Shown here: positions 39,037-48,350 of the stretch, one piece after another
How positions within the stretch are numbered: the first letter of the stretch is position 1
Layout: each line of letters begins with the position of its first letter
Assembly (NCBI GenBank): GCA_963745235.1
Contig: CAVUXE010000037.1
Coordinates: forward strand, 128,001-192,000
DNA length: 64,000 nucleotides
Direction of reading: 5' to 3'
Source: an uncultured Spirochaetota bacterium
GTDB lineage: Bacteria > Spirochaetota > Spirochaetia > SZUA-6 > Fen-1364
Translations under genes and position numbers: made by a program
Notes under the pieces: generated by a model
Database searches by the model: none
Told to the model about the DNA's origin: nothing
Seen by the model: the letters and a program-made list of their open reading frames with translations, nothing else

Positions 39037-41607
39037 TCAGCGCACAAATGTGTTCTTGACCCGGTTGGATGTGAGCATGTAGGGAATCCAAATGGCGGCC
39101 CCTGCAACGGCCTGCAGGATTGCACGGGAAACTCCGCCGGGGTCCAGGGACTGGTCGGTGGGGACAGAGAGCATCCGATTGAACACCGCGTTTGCGATGA
39201 CAATCGCCGCCTCGAAACCAAGAAGCCAGATGAACAGCGTCGGGAATCTGCGGCGGCGCTGGAAGAACATCACGGCGAGAAAGATGTTTGCGGCAACGAT
39301 GGCAAGGTTTCCAATGATAACGTACATGAAATAAGGGGCCCACAGGGCCCTGAACCTCGCGCCAGCGGGGTTGGTCAGGTCGTACCAGTTCCCGGCGGAG
39401 AATGAACCCCAGCTCTGCCTCAAGGAAAGGACAGCGGTGATGGGCCTCAGGAGAAGACCTATTGCCACCAGCACGAGCCATCCCCCAAGGCCGCTGAGCT
39501 CTGGATACGCGTTTGTCGAGATAGCAGGTGACCGGGGCGGCCGGATTGCCAGGCGGTATCCGCCGAAGCCACCCACCGCCAGCAGGAGCGCAGAGAGCAC
39601 CATGATGACCGTCACTGACCCGTCGATGGCTCCGCCCCCGAGCGCGTTCATAGCCTGCCATGTCAGGTCAAAGCCGAGCTTGACGTCGATATCCTTGACG
39701 TCTTCATCATAGGCCTCGACCCTCGCCACGGGGACGGAATCAGCGAGAGACCGGTATCGATAGTCCAGCACGACGGTCGAGTCATGAGAGGAGTAGTCCG
39801 CTCTTATTTCAAAGGCCGCGGTGGTGATGGTCGCTGTCTCACCCTTCACCGGCCAGGGGCCGGGAAGGTTGACTTCGATCCTCTCCTCCGCGGATTTCGG
39901 GTACTCAACAGCGAAGGGGGAGGTGCGGATCTTCGTCTTTGGCACAGGAATCAGGCCGTAAATATACTCGGGGAAGAGTTTCGCCCGGTAGTTCCGCTTG
40001 TCGGAGAGGAGCGTCCAGAAACCGGGAACTCGATAGCGTTCGACCGTGGTGAAGATGTTTCGCTCACCATCATCATGGATTTCAAGGTTCCCCGCTGATT
40101 CGATTCTTGGATAGGTTGCCGCGTAAAAATTGAGGTAGTCCTGCTTTATCTCTTCCGCGCTCCTGGTGGCAAAGACCCCCCTGGCATCGTCAGCCGCGCC
40201 TCCGGAAGCCGTGGTCCGCACTTCCAGCAGGGCTGGTTCTTCCTGTCCGTTCGACGTGAAGGTGTCGACGACCGTGATCTCGGGAGCCTTTCCCTGGGAA
40301 GAGCCGAATCGCACAAGGCTCGTTTCTCCGGGCGCAACCACGAGGCCGTACCCGAAATCCGGAAGGTAGCGTTCCAGGACGGGACCCCGCTGATATGCCT
40401 CTGTCGGGTCCACGAAGACCCTTTTGCCTTCCAGGGTGACCACCACGATGACGTGATTGAAGTCGTAAGGGGAGGGCAGCCTCTCTGCAAGCAGGGAGCG
40501 GGCCCACGTGCTCACAAGCACGGGGTGAGCTTCCAACCCGAGCCGCGACAGGAGCGCGCACAGGAGATATGACTTGTCCTTGCAGTCCCCGAAACGCTCC
40601 TCGAAGACTGTCCGCGGAGAGCGCGGCCTGTAGGAACCATCCCCCAGCTCAATTCCGACGTAGCGCACCTGCTGCTGCACGTAGTCCAGGGCCGCCTGCA
40701 GCCGATCCTCCGGCTTCGTGAGCTTCGTGCTCCAGTCTGCGGCCAGGCGTGCCAGCTCGGATGGAAGCGAGGCCGGCGGGTACAGGGGCTGGGCCCAGCG
40801 GTCCACGGCCGCCCAATCCGAGAACTCTGAAACCTCGATCCATGGCCGCCTCACGTGCCACGAGGGTGTGCGGTCTTCCGAAAGGACGGGGGCAAGGTCT
40901 GAAAACTCCCACAGGTACTCAGTCGTCGCCCCCGCGTGGGAGATGCGCGGCTCGGCGCCCGCCCCGATGTCCCGGAATCCGAGCGGTCTCGAGGAGGGGC
41001 ACAGGACTCGAACTCTTTCCCGCCCAAGGGCGAATGTCCATCCGTGCGTGAAGGAGTCAGCGAACAGGTTTCCAAACACGGGGTTGCGCCCGCGGACAGT
41101 GTAGGCGTAATCGATGCGATCACCCGGCCTGATGTCTTTCAACACGAAGGACGCGGTCAGCGAGCCGTCAAGCATGGAAGACTCCAGGTCTGTTTCCCGC
41201 CGCAAGAGGCTCACCGCGCCCGGTGAAAGGCGTGAGGACGAAGCGCCGCCGCGAACAACGCTGATCTGGTGAAAGAGAAGAGTCTGATAGGCCGGGTCGT
41301 AATCCACCGCTATTGTCGAGCCGTCCTGCACTCCCTCCGCAGTCTTCAATTCCTTGACGATTCGCACGTACAGCTCACCGGCGGCGACATTTTCCTGGTA
41401 ATCGACCAGGAGGTACGTCTCACGGGCGTCGGAACCGTGCGTGGGCTCCACGAAGCCTCCGGCCGCTTCGGGAAGAACCCAGCGAGCAGGAGGAGCCACG
41501 GCAAAAGTGCTGCTGAAATCCTCCGCCGGGATGCGGGCAGGGACAAGAAACAGGAGGACAGCAAAAAGGTGCACCCCCACGCGCGAGAGGACGGCGGTGT
41601 TTCCCAT
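39037..41607 (-). CDS. DUF3857 / transglutaminase-like / DUF2569 fusion membrane protein
   Basis: Signal peptide; DUF3857-like 'YDPAYQTL.FH...LRRETDLE...DIRPGDRIDYAYT'; catalytic triad 'GDCKDK', 'FNHVI', 'VDPT'; C-terminal 'GLGGWL...WIPYMLTSNRVKNTF'. Confidence 0.85.
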   Translation of the reverse strand: MGNTAVLSRVGVHLFAVLLFLVPARIPAEDFSSTFAVAPPARWVLPEAAGGFVEPTHGSDARETYLLVDYQENVAAGELYVRIVKELKTAEGVQDGSTIAVDYDPAYQTLLFHQISVVRGGASSSRLSPGAVSLLRRETDLESSMLDGSLTASFVLKDIRPGDRIDYAYTVRGRNPVFGNLFADSFTHGWTFALGRERVRVLCPSSRPLGFRDIGAGAEPRISHAGATTEYLWEFSDLAPVLSEDRTPSWHVRRPWIEVSEFSDWAAVDRWAQPLYPPASLPSELARLAADWSTKLTKPEDRLQAALDYVQQQVRYVGIELGDGSYRPRSPRTVFEERFGDCKDKSYLLCALLSRLGLEAHPVLVSTWARSLLAERLPSPYDFNHVIVVVTLEGKRVFVDPTEAYQRGPVLERYLPDFGYGLVVAPGETSLVRFGSSQGKAPEITVVDTFTSNGQEEPALLEVRTTASGGAADDARGVFATRSAEEIKQDYLNFYAATYPRIESAGNLEIHDDGERNIFTTVERYRVPGFWTLLSDKRNYRAKLFPEYIYGLIPVPKTKIRTSPFAVEYPKSAEERIEVNLPGPWPVKGETATITTAAFEIRADYSSHDSTVVLDYRYRSLADSVPVARVEAYDEDVKDIDVKLGFDLTWQAMNALGGGAIDGSVTVIMVLSALLLAVGGFGGYRLAIRPPRSPAISTNAYPELSGLGGWLVLVAIGLLLRPITAVLSLRQSWGSFSAGNWYDLTNPAGARFRALWAPYFMYVIIGNLAIVAANIFLAVMFFQRRRRFPTLFIWLLGFEAAIVIANAVFNRMLSVPTDQSLDPGGVSRAILQAVAGAAIWIPYMLTSNRVKNTFVR

Positions 41608-41608
41608 G

Positions 41609-43492
41609 TCACGCCTCGACGAGCTCGCTCATGGCTTTCTTCAGCTCCTGCAGCCTGTACGGCTTCGGAAGGACGCCAAGCGCTCCATGACGGCGGTGGT
41701 CCGCAAGAACGGGATCGTTTGAGTACCCCGAAGACACGATGACTCTTGCCGAGGGGTCGAGGGAAAGGATTCGGGAAAGGGCTTCTTTCCCGCCCATGCC
41801 TCCGATCACGGTGAGGTCCAGGATGACCACGTCGAAGGGATGATGGCCACGAAGCGCCGCGGCAAAGAGACTGACGGCTTCCTGGCCGCTGCCGGCCCCG
41901 ACGGCGGAAAAGCCCATTTCCGTCAGCATTCGAAGGGCCACCGCGCGGACCATCTCCTGGTCATCCATCACAAGGACCCGTTTTCCCTGGGCAAAAACCT
42001 CCAAGTCCCGGGGAGCCACGCGGGGGAGCTCACGGTCCGGCTCCGCGGGAATCAGGAAGGTGAACGTGCTGCCCCGGCCGGGCGCGGATTGTGCGCCCAG
42101 GTATCCGCGGTGGCTTCGGATGATGGAGTATGACGTTGCCAGGCCAAGGCCGCTGCCGGTCTGCTTGGTCGTGAAGTACGGATCGAATATCCTCCGAAGA
42201 AGATCTTCCTGGATGCCCGTCCCCTCATCGGAGACGGAGATCTCCAGGTAGGGGCCCGCGGGAAGGGCATGGCGATTCCCGCCTGCCAGCCGCCTGTTCA
42301 CCGCCCGTACGGTGATCCGCCCGCCGCCCGGCATCGCCTGGACCGCGTTGATGACGATATTCTGGATCACCTGGCTCAGCTGGCCCTCGTCGATCTCGGA
42401 TGGCCACAGGTCCGCGGCAATCTCGAAGACGCAGGCGCACGGGGAGCCGTGGCAGGCGAATCCAGCGGATTCGCGGACCAGGTGCCCGGCGTCGGCCAGG
42501 CGCCTGACGGGTGCACCGCCCCGGGCAAAGGTCAGGAGCTGCTGGGTGAGGTCCCTGGCGCGCAGCAGCGCCTGTTCAGCATTCCGCAGGCTCTCGTCAG
42601 CCTGCCGGGCATCAGAAAGCTCCAAGCGGGCAAGAGAGATGTTGCCCAGGACCCCGGCGAGCAGGTTGTTGAAGTCATGGGCAATGCCGCCCGCGAGGAG
42701 CGAGAGGGATTCCAGCTTCTGGGCGGTGAGCTGCGCTTCCTCCATGCGCCTGCGCTCGGTGACGTCCCGGGTGATTGTAAGGACGCATCGCACCCCGTCT
42801 ATTTCGATCAGGCGCGCCGACATCATTCCGGTGAGGATGGTTCCGTCCTTGCGACGGAATGGTGCTTCAAGCTCCGCCTCCCCGCGCTCCGCCAGCCCGG
42901 TGACCATGCGCTCACGGTCTTCGCTGTTCACCCAGATACCGAGATCTCCGGGCATGGAGGAGCGCCCAAGAACGTCCTCATCCGTGTAGCCCGTCATGCG
43001 GGTGAATCCTTCGTTGATCTCCAGGTACACGCCGTCTTCGAAGCGATTGATGTTGATGGAGTCCGGGCTTCCGTGAAACGCCCGGGAGAACTTCTCCTCG
43101 GAGTCCTTCAGCGCTTTCTGCGCGCGCACTCTGTCCGAGATGTCATGAATGATGCTGAACAGGAACCTCTCACCGTCGAGCTCCACCGGGCTGGAGTAGA
43201 TCTCAACGGTCCTGATCTCCCCGGAAGCGAGCCCATGCGGAAAGACGAAGTGGTTGCGCTCTTCCCGGAAGGCCGCATCCACGGCCTCCTCCAGATCCCC
43301 AGAGGCTATGCGGTTGATGTCCCGGATTCGCAGAGCGCACAGCTCATCATGGGTGTACCCGTAAAAGCGAACGGCGGCCGGGTTGGCTTCCACGACCCGT
43401 CTCTCTTCCTGGCTGATGAGGAGGATCATTGCCGCGTGTCGATGGAAACGTTTCATGAACGCGGCGACTTCCGCTGTTGCATGTCCGTGCAT
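41609..43492 (-). CDS. PAS-PAS hybrid sensor histidine kinase with receiver domain
   Basis: Two PAS domains, H-box '[12 protein letters not shown]', 'FDPYFTTK..GSGLGL', receiver 'VLVMDD...ILDLT...SSGY...KPY'. Confidence 0.93.
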   Translation of the reverse strand: MHGHATAEVAAFMKRFHRHAAMILLISQEERRVVEANPAAVRFYGYTHDELCALRIRDINRIASGDLEEAVDAAFREERNHFVFPHGLASGEIRTVEIYSSPVELDGERFLFSIIHDISDRVRAQKALKDSEEKFSRAFHGSPDSININRFEDGVYLEINEGFTRMTGYTDEDVLGRSSMPGDLGIWVNSEDRERMVTGLAERGEAELEAPFRRKDGTILTGMMSARLIEIDGVRCVLTITRDVTERRRMEEAQLTAQKLESLSLLAGGIAHDFNNLLAGVLGNISLARLELSDARQADESLRNAEQALLRARDLTQQLLTFARGGAPVRRLADAGHLVRESAGFACHGSPCACVFEIAADLWPSEIDEGQLSQVIQNIVINAVQAMPGGGRITVRAVNRRLAGGNRHALPAGPYLEISVSDEGTGIQEDLLRRIFDPYFTTKQTGSGLGLATSYSIIRSHRGYLGAQSAPGRGSTFTFLIPAEPDRELPRVAPRDLEVFAQGKRVLVMDDQEMVRAVALRMLTEMGFSAVGAGSGQEAVSLFAAALRGHHPFDVVILDLTVIGGMGGKEALSRILSLDPSARVIVSSGYSNDPVLADHRRHGALGVLPKPYRLQELKKAMSELVEA

Positions 43493-43532
43493 GGGCTTTT
43501 ACAGCAGCACATTTTCGCTGTCATGTCCACTT

Positions 43533-44318
43533 TCACGCGGACGCCCCGGAATAGCGTCGGCTTCCTCGCGTCCACACGATCCTGGCAGCCACGAAAAGCA
43601 GCGCCGCAAGGGCAAAAGCCCCGGCGAGAGTCTGCCAGGACAGGCGCCCCGCGAGGGCCTGCGCCGGCACCGTTGTCGCGAAGGCCACGGGCACCAGGAA
43701 GGTCAGACCGACGCGAAGCCAGCGGGGATACAGGGTAACCGGCCAGCGTCCCGCCTCGTAGATGGACTGGAAGATGACCAGGATGTTTTCCACCCGCACA
43801 AACCAGAAAGAGAGAGAGGCGAGGATCACCCAGAAGCTGTAGACGATCAGCCCACCGGGAACCAGGGCCGCCGCGAATGCCGCCAGCTGGAGCGCTCCCA
43901 CGTGGGTCCCCAGTCTGCCAAGGGAGACGATGATCACTGCGATCCCGAGGACGAAATCAGTGAGCTTCCAGATCTCCACGCGCTGGATGCTCGCAAGGAG
44001 CTGGGAGTCTTCGGGCTTGGTCAGGGTGAAATCCAGGGTCCCTTCGCGCACGCTCTCGATGAGCTGTTCCATGCTCGGCTGGATGACCAGGCGGATGGCG
44101 CCTCCTACCAGGAAGAACACCCCGATCAGCGCCGCCACTTCCTCGGGGCGCCAGCCGCCCAGTGTGGCGGTGTAGGAGAATACGACGGCAAGGCCCCCGA
44201 ACGCCGTGCCGAGGTCAATGGCGGATTCCAGGAGCTGCAGGAAGAAGTTTGTGCGGTAGGCAAGCTCTCCCATGGCGCCGACGCGAAAGAAGACCCACAG
44301 GAGACGAAGCAGCCTCAT
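43533..44318 (-). CDS. ABC-2 family (DUF990-type) transporter permease
   Basis: 'LAYRTNF', 'VREGTLDFTLTKPEDSQ', 'RWPVTLYP'; start at ATG 44318 overlaps the upstream stop. Confidence 0.88.
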   Translation of the reverse strand: MRLLRLLWVFFRVGAMGELAYRTNFFLQLLESAIDLGTAFGGLAVVFSYTATLGGWRPEEVAALIGVFFLVGGAIRLVIQPSMEQLIESVREGTLDFTLTKPEDSQLLASIQRVEIWKLTDFVLGIAVIIVSLGRLGTHVGALQLAAFAAALVPGGLIVYSFWVILASLSFWFVRVENILVIFQSIYEAGRWPVTLYPRWLRVGLTFLVPVAFATTVPAQALAGRLSWQTLAGAFALAALLFVAARIVWTRGSRRYSGASA

Positions 44319-45115
44319 GCGCCCACCGCCGCGTACACACGCACACCCGCGCGCCACACGGTTCGCAGCAGGAGCAGGGCCAGGGCCAGCCATGCTGCCT
44401 GGGCGGCAAGACCCGTCATCGCCTGGCCGGGGCTCAGTCGTCCCAGAAGCAGCTCCACCGGGAAGCTGATCATCCACCGAAAAGGCAGGATGGCGGCAGC
44501 CACCTGCAGGGGGTGGGGAAGCAGCGAAAGCGGCGCCATCTGTCCCGAGAGAAAGAGGGCGGCAACGAAGTAGCCCTGGTTGATCGCGCCGACCCGCGTG
44601 GTCCAGAACGCGCTCAAGCTAAGGGTCCACTCGACGGCGAACTTGACGCCAAAAGCAAGAAGGAGCGCCGGGACAAAAAGGGCCGCGGCCCAGGGCGGCG
44701 GGGAAAACACCGGCCTGAAGAGGACCACGAGCACGGCCGCCGCAGCCAGCATCAGGGGAAGCGTGATCAGCTTGGATGAGACGTTATCCACGAGGTCCGT
44801 GTGAATGGGATGGATGGGTCGCAGCAGCGCAAAGGAAAGGGAGCCGTGACGGATCTTGTACTCGTACTCGAACATGACCCAGGTGTAGGTGACCTGGGTA
44901 ACGAGCATGAGGACGATGAAATAGGCGGCGAACTGGGCGGTGTCGAAACCACCAACGCTCCCGCCCGTGGCGCGCGCCACCGCGGACCACACAACGAGGT
45001 AGATGAGCGGTTCCAGTATCCTGTCGATGGTCCAGATGAAGATGGAGGCCCGGTACTGGATGAAGGAGGCGAGCGTGGTGCGGAACTGCTGGCGGTAGAC
45101 ATCTCCCAATCCCAT
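44315..45115 (-). CDS. ABC-2 family (DUF990-type) transporter permease
   Basis: 'IQYRAS', 'IRHGSLSFALLRP', 'LSGQMAPLSLLP', 'LPFRW...PVELLLG'. Confidence 0.87.
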   Translation of the reverse strand: MGLGDVYRQQFRTTLASFIQYRASIFIWTIDRILEPLIYLVVWSAVARATGGSVGGFDTAQFAAYFIVLMLVTQVTYTWVMFEYEYKIRHGSLSFALLRPIHPIHTDLVDNVSSKLITLPLMLAAAAVLVVLFRPVFSPPPWAAALFVPALLLAFGVKFAVEWTLSLSAFWTTRVGAINQGYFVAALFLSGQMAPLSLLPHPLQVAAAILPFRWMISFPVELLLGRLSPGQAMTGLAAQAAWLALALLLLRTVWRAGVRVYAAVGA

Positions 45116-46129
45116 CACGAACCCTCGGCGGCAAACACTCGTTCGATAACCTCTTCTATCGGCGGGTCCTCCACGGTCAAGTCTATCACCGGGCAGGTCC
45201 GCCAGGATGCGACCCGTCACGCGCGCCGTCTCCTCACGAGGCACGCGAAGGGTCACGACCCCTTCCTCCCGGGAGATCACATCCCCGTATTGTCCCAGGT
45301 ACGCGAGTACGCGTTCGGCGAGCACGCCGTCCGCCTCCCCGTCCTCCAGCTTCACCGCGATGGTCTTGTGCGCCGTGAACTTCCCCACCAGCGCGGCAAG
45401 CTCTCCATCGAACAGGAGCTTCCCGTGATGGATGACGATGACTCGGCGGCAGAGGGCCTCAACGTCCGCCATGGAGTGGCTTGTAAGGAGGACCGTCGCC
45501 CCGAAGCGCTGGTTGTACTGCGCGATGAATCCGCGTACGCGCCGCTGCATGGTGACATCGAGACCGATGGTCGGCTCATCGAGGAAAACGACCCGCGGCC
45601 GGTGCAGCAGAGCGGCTGCCAGCTCGCACTTCATGCGCTCACCGAGGGAAAGGTTCCGAACGGGCTTGCGAAGGAGCGGGCCGAGCTCCAGGAGGTCGGT
45701 GAGCTCCTGCACGGTGCTTTTGAAGTCGGAGGCGGGAATGCGGTAGATCGCCCGGTTCAGCTCGAAGGAGTCCGCTGCCGGTATGTCCCACACGAGCTGG
45801 CTGCGTTGTCCCATGACCAGCGTGATCTGGCGCAGGAATGCCTTCTCCCGCTTCCACGGCACATGGCCCAGCACGGAGACCTCCCCGCCTGTGGGGTGAA
45901 GGAGGCCCGAGAGCATCTTCAGCGTGGTGGTTTTTCCCGCGCCATTCGGGCCCAGGAAACCGACGATTTCTCCCGGTTGGAGGGCGAACGAGATGCCATC
46001 CACGGCTGCCACCTCTTCCCGCCGCCTGCGCACCAGGCTGGCCAGGGCGGCCCCGACGCCGGATTCCCGCTCCGTCACGATGAAGGACTTGCGAAGCTCT
46101 GTGGCGCGGACTGCCGCTGGATGCTCCAT
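45115..46129 (-). CDS. ABC transporter ATP-binding protein (apparent fusion to the permease results from a frameshift near 45190)
   Basis: GPNGAGKTT, 'LSLGERMKCE', 'LDEPTIGLD'; the natural C-terminus 'VIDLTVEDPPIEEVIERVF...*' is present in the adjacent frame with TGA at 45115-45117. Confidence 0.9.
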
Positions 46130-46229
46130 CCGCCCAGTATAGGCGGACAGGGCGCGGGGGAACAATCCGGGCCGACAGCTCGGCGCGGGGTTTTCATGAA
46201 ACTTGTCCGTGAGTACACTTCCGGGCATA

Positions 46230-47234
46230 ATGCTTTCCCAGGTCGATGTTGCCAGAAAGGCGCGCGTGTCCATCATGACGGTCTCCCGAGTCATCAACGG
46301 CCGCTCGAACGTAAGCAAGGACACCCGTGAGCGTGTTCTGCAGGCAATCCGCGAGCTGTCCTATTTTCCGAACGCCGCGGCCCGGGCGCTCAGCCGCAAC
46401 CGGGCGAACGTCATCGAGGTGACCGTTCCCCGGCGGGACTATTTCTCCTCTTCCGAGTATTTCAGCGAGCTGATCTTCAGCGTCGAAGCAGTTGTCCGTC
46501 AGCACGACTACAACGTCATTTTCAACCCGTATGACCCCGCGGGCCCCGTGGACTACGGCGCCCTGTACAGGCAGCGCAAGGTTGACGGGCTCTTGATCGT
46601 GGCCCGCTCCATGAGCCAGCAGCAGGTCCAGAGCCTCTGCAGCGAGCAAATCGCTTTTGTCCTGGTCAATTCGCGCCGTGATGACAAACCGCTGAGCTAT
46701 GTGGACGTGGATAACCACAAGGGCGCGGTTATGGCCGTGGAGTACCTGCGGTCCCTGGGCCACACGAAAATAGCTGCCATGACGGGTGGGACAGAGGCCA
46801 TCAACTCAATCCACCGACTGCAAGGCTACCGGCAGGCACTGCAGCGAAAAGGGCTGCCCATGCGCGAAGAGTGGGTCATTGAGGGGAACTGGTCGGAGGA
46901 AAGCGGCTACGAGGCGTTCAAGAAGCTGGCCCATCTTGCTGACAGGCCCTCCGCGGTCTTCTGCGCCAACGACCTGATGGCAATAGGAGCTTTGCGCGCG
47001 GCGGCGGACAGCGCAGTCGCCGTGCCGCAGGATATGTCGATCATTGGTTTTGATGACATCCGGCTTGCCTCGTTCACGAATCCGCGCCTCACTACGATCC
47101 GACAGCCGATTGGGCAGACGGGACAGGTGGCTGCCAGGATTCTCCTGGACCTGCTTTCGGGCCAGGCAACCGAGCCGCAGAAGATAATCCTCGAACCAAC
47201 GCTGATTGTCCGTTCATCCTGCGCCGCGCGATAA
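46230..47234 (+). CDS. LacI-family transcriptional regulator
   Basis: 'DVARKARVSIMTVSRVIN', 'PNAAARAL', 'NDLMAIG', 'IGFDD', 'LTTIRQP'. Confidence 0.95.
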   Translation: MLSQVDVARKARVSIMTVSRVINGRSNVSKDTRERVLQAIRELSYFPNAAARALSRNRANVIEVTVPRRDYFSSSEYFSELIFSVEAVVRQHDYNVIFNPYDPAGPVDYGALYRQRKVDGLLIVARSMSQQQVQSLCSEQIAFVLVNSRRDDKPLSYVDVDNHKGAVMAVEYLRSLGHTKIAAMTGGTEAINSIHRLQGYRQALQRKGLPMREEWVIEGNWSEESGYEAFKKLAHLADRPSAVFCANDLMAIGALRAAADSAVAVPQDMSIIGFDDIRLASFTNPRLTTIRQPIGQTGQVAARILLDLLSGQATEPQKIILEPTLIVRSSCAAR

Positions 47235-47278
47235 GGGCGAAAGAGCAATCTCATCCCGGAGGACACGAAGGATTTTTC

Positions 47279-47331
47279 TTGACAAGACGGGCAGACTCGT
47301 GATTACAATTATCCCTGTGTTAGCGCTAACA
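47279..47331 (+). promoter_or_regulatory. Sigma70 promoter plus perfect LacI-type operator
   Basis: TTGACA (47279-84), TACAAT (47304-09; spacer 19, slightly long), then perfect palindrome TGTTAGCGCTAACA (47318-31). Confidence 0.7.
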
Positions 47332-47382
47332 TGACTGTCGTCACCAGGATGGCTCATGTTGGATCCTGGTTGTGTGAAGGAG

Positions 47383-48150
47383 ATGAAACGCAGTATGGCA
47401 GCCAAGGCAAGAGTCCTTTTAGTCGGCGAAACATGGGTAACGATGAAAATCAACATCAAGGGCATCGACGTCTTCCCAGTGGGCGGTTACGAAAACTTCG
47501 GCATCTGGTTCATGGAGGCCATGGCAAAGTTCAGCGACATCGAGGCTGAGCACATGCCCAACCATGTGGCCCTGGCCTCCTTCCCGTCAACACTCGATCA
47601 AATCAACAAATACGATGTCGTGATTTTCAGCGACTGCGGCAAGAACACCATATTGCTGTACCCTGAAATGTTCACCGTGCCCATGGGGCCCGATCGCCTG
47701 GCCCTGATCAAGGAGTATGTGGACAAGGGTAAAGCTTTCGTCATGGCAGGAGGCTGGAACTCATACCAGGGGCTGAACGGCATTCCCGGATACCACGGGA
47801 CGTGTGTGGAAGAAGTTCTTCCCGTTGAGATCCAGGCCACAGACGACAGGGTGGAGACGCCCCAGGGAGTGCGCCCGAGCATCACCGCGAGGGAGCATCC
47901 CCTTTTCAAGGGGCTCCCAGCGGAGTGGCCTCTTTTCCTTGGCTACAACAAGGTCACTGCAAAGGCGGACGCGCAGTTGCTTGCAACCATAGGTGGGCAC
48001 CCCTTTGTCGCCGCGCACAGCTTCGGGAAGGGAAGGACCCTGGCCTTCACCTCGGACCTCGCCAAGCACTGGGGCACGGATTTCATAACGTGGGAAGGCT
48101 ATGGACGGTTCTGGCACAACGCCGTGCTTTGGCTCTCGGGCGGTGCATAG
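47383..48150 (+). CDS. Class I glutamine amidotransferase-like protein (DUF1355 type)
   Basis: 'VLLVGETW', 'YDVVIFSDCG.NT.LL', 'MAGGWNSYQG', 'DDRVETPQG', 'LGYN', 'FTSDLAKHW'. Confidence 0.82.
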   Translation: MKRSMAAKARVLLVGETWVTMKINIKGIDVFPVGGYENFGIWFMEAMAKFSDIEAEHMPNHVALASFPSTLDQINKYDVVIFSDCGKNTILLYPEMFTVPMGPDRLALIKEYVDKGKAFVMAGGWNSYQGLNGIPGYHGTCVEEVLPVEIQATDDRVETPQGVRPSITAREHPLFKGLPAEWPLFLGYNKVTAKADAQLLATIGGHPFVAAHSFGKGRTLAFTSDLAKHWGTDFITWEGYGRFWHNAVLWLSGGA

Positions 48151-48350
48151 GCCTTTCAGCCGCGCCCCCCTCCCCCGCCGAACCCGCTCTCGACCAGTCC
48201 ATATCCAGCCCATCACCAATGGCTTGTTGAAACATCTTTTCCCAAGAGTCATGGCGTAGGACCCCCTGCCGCGCATGGCGAGGCTGTGCTCGGTATTTCA
48301 GAGAGCTTGCCATTCCCGTGTTAGTATGGATCTCGGAAGGACAAGACACC

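Noticed and set aside
44315-46324. Apparent 669-aa ABC ATPase-permease fusion
   Set aside because: One extra base near 45190; the normal ATPase C-terminus and stop (VIDLTVEDPPIEEVIERVF...TGA) are present in the neighbouring frame.
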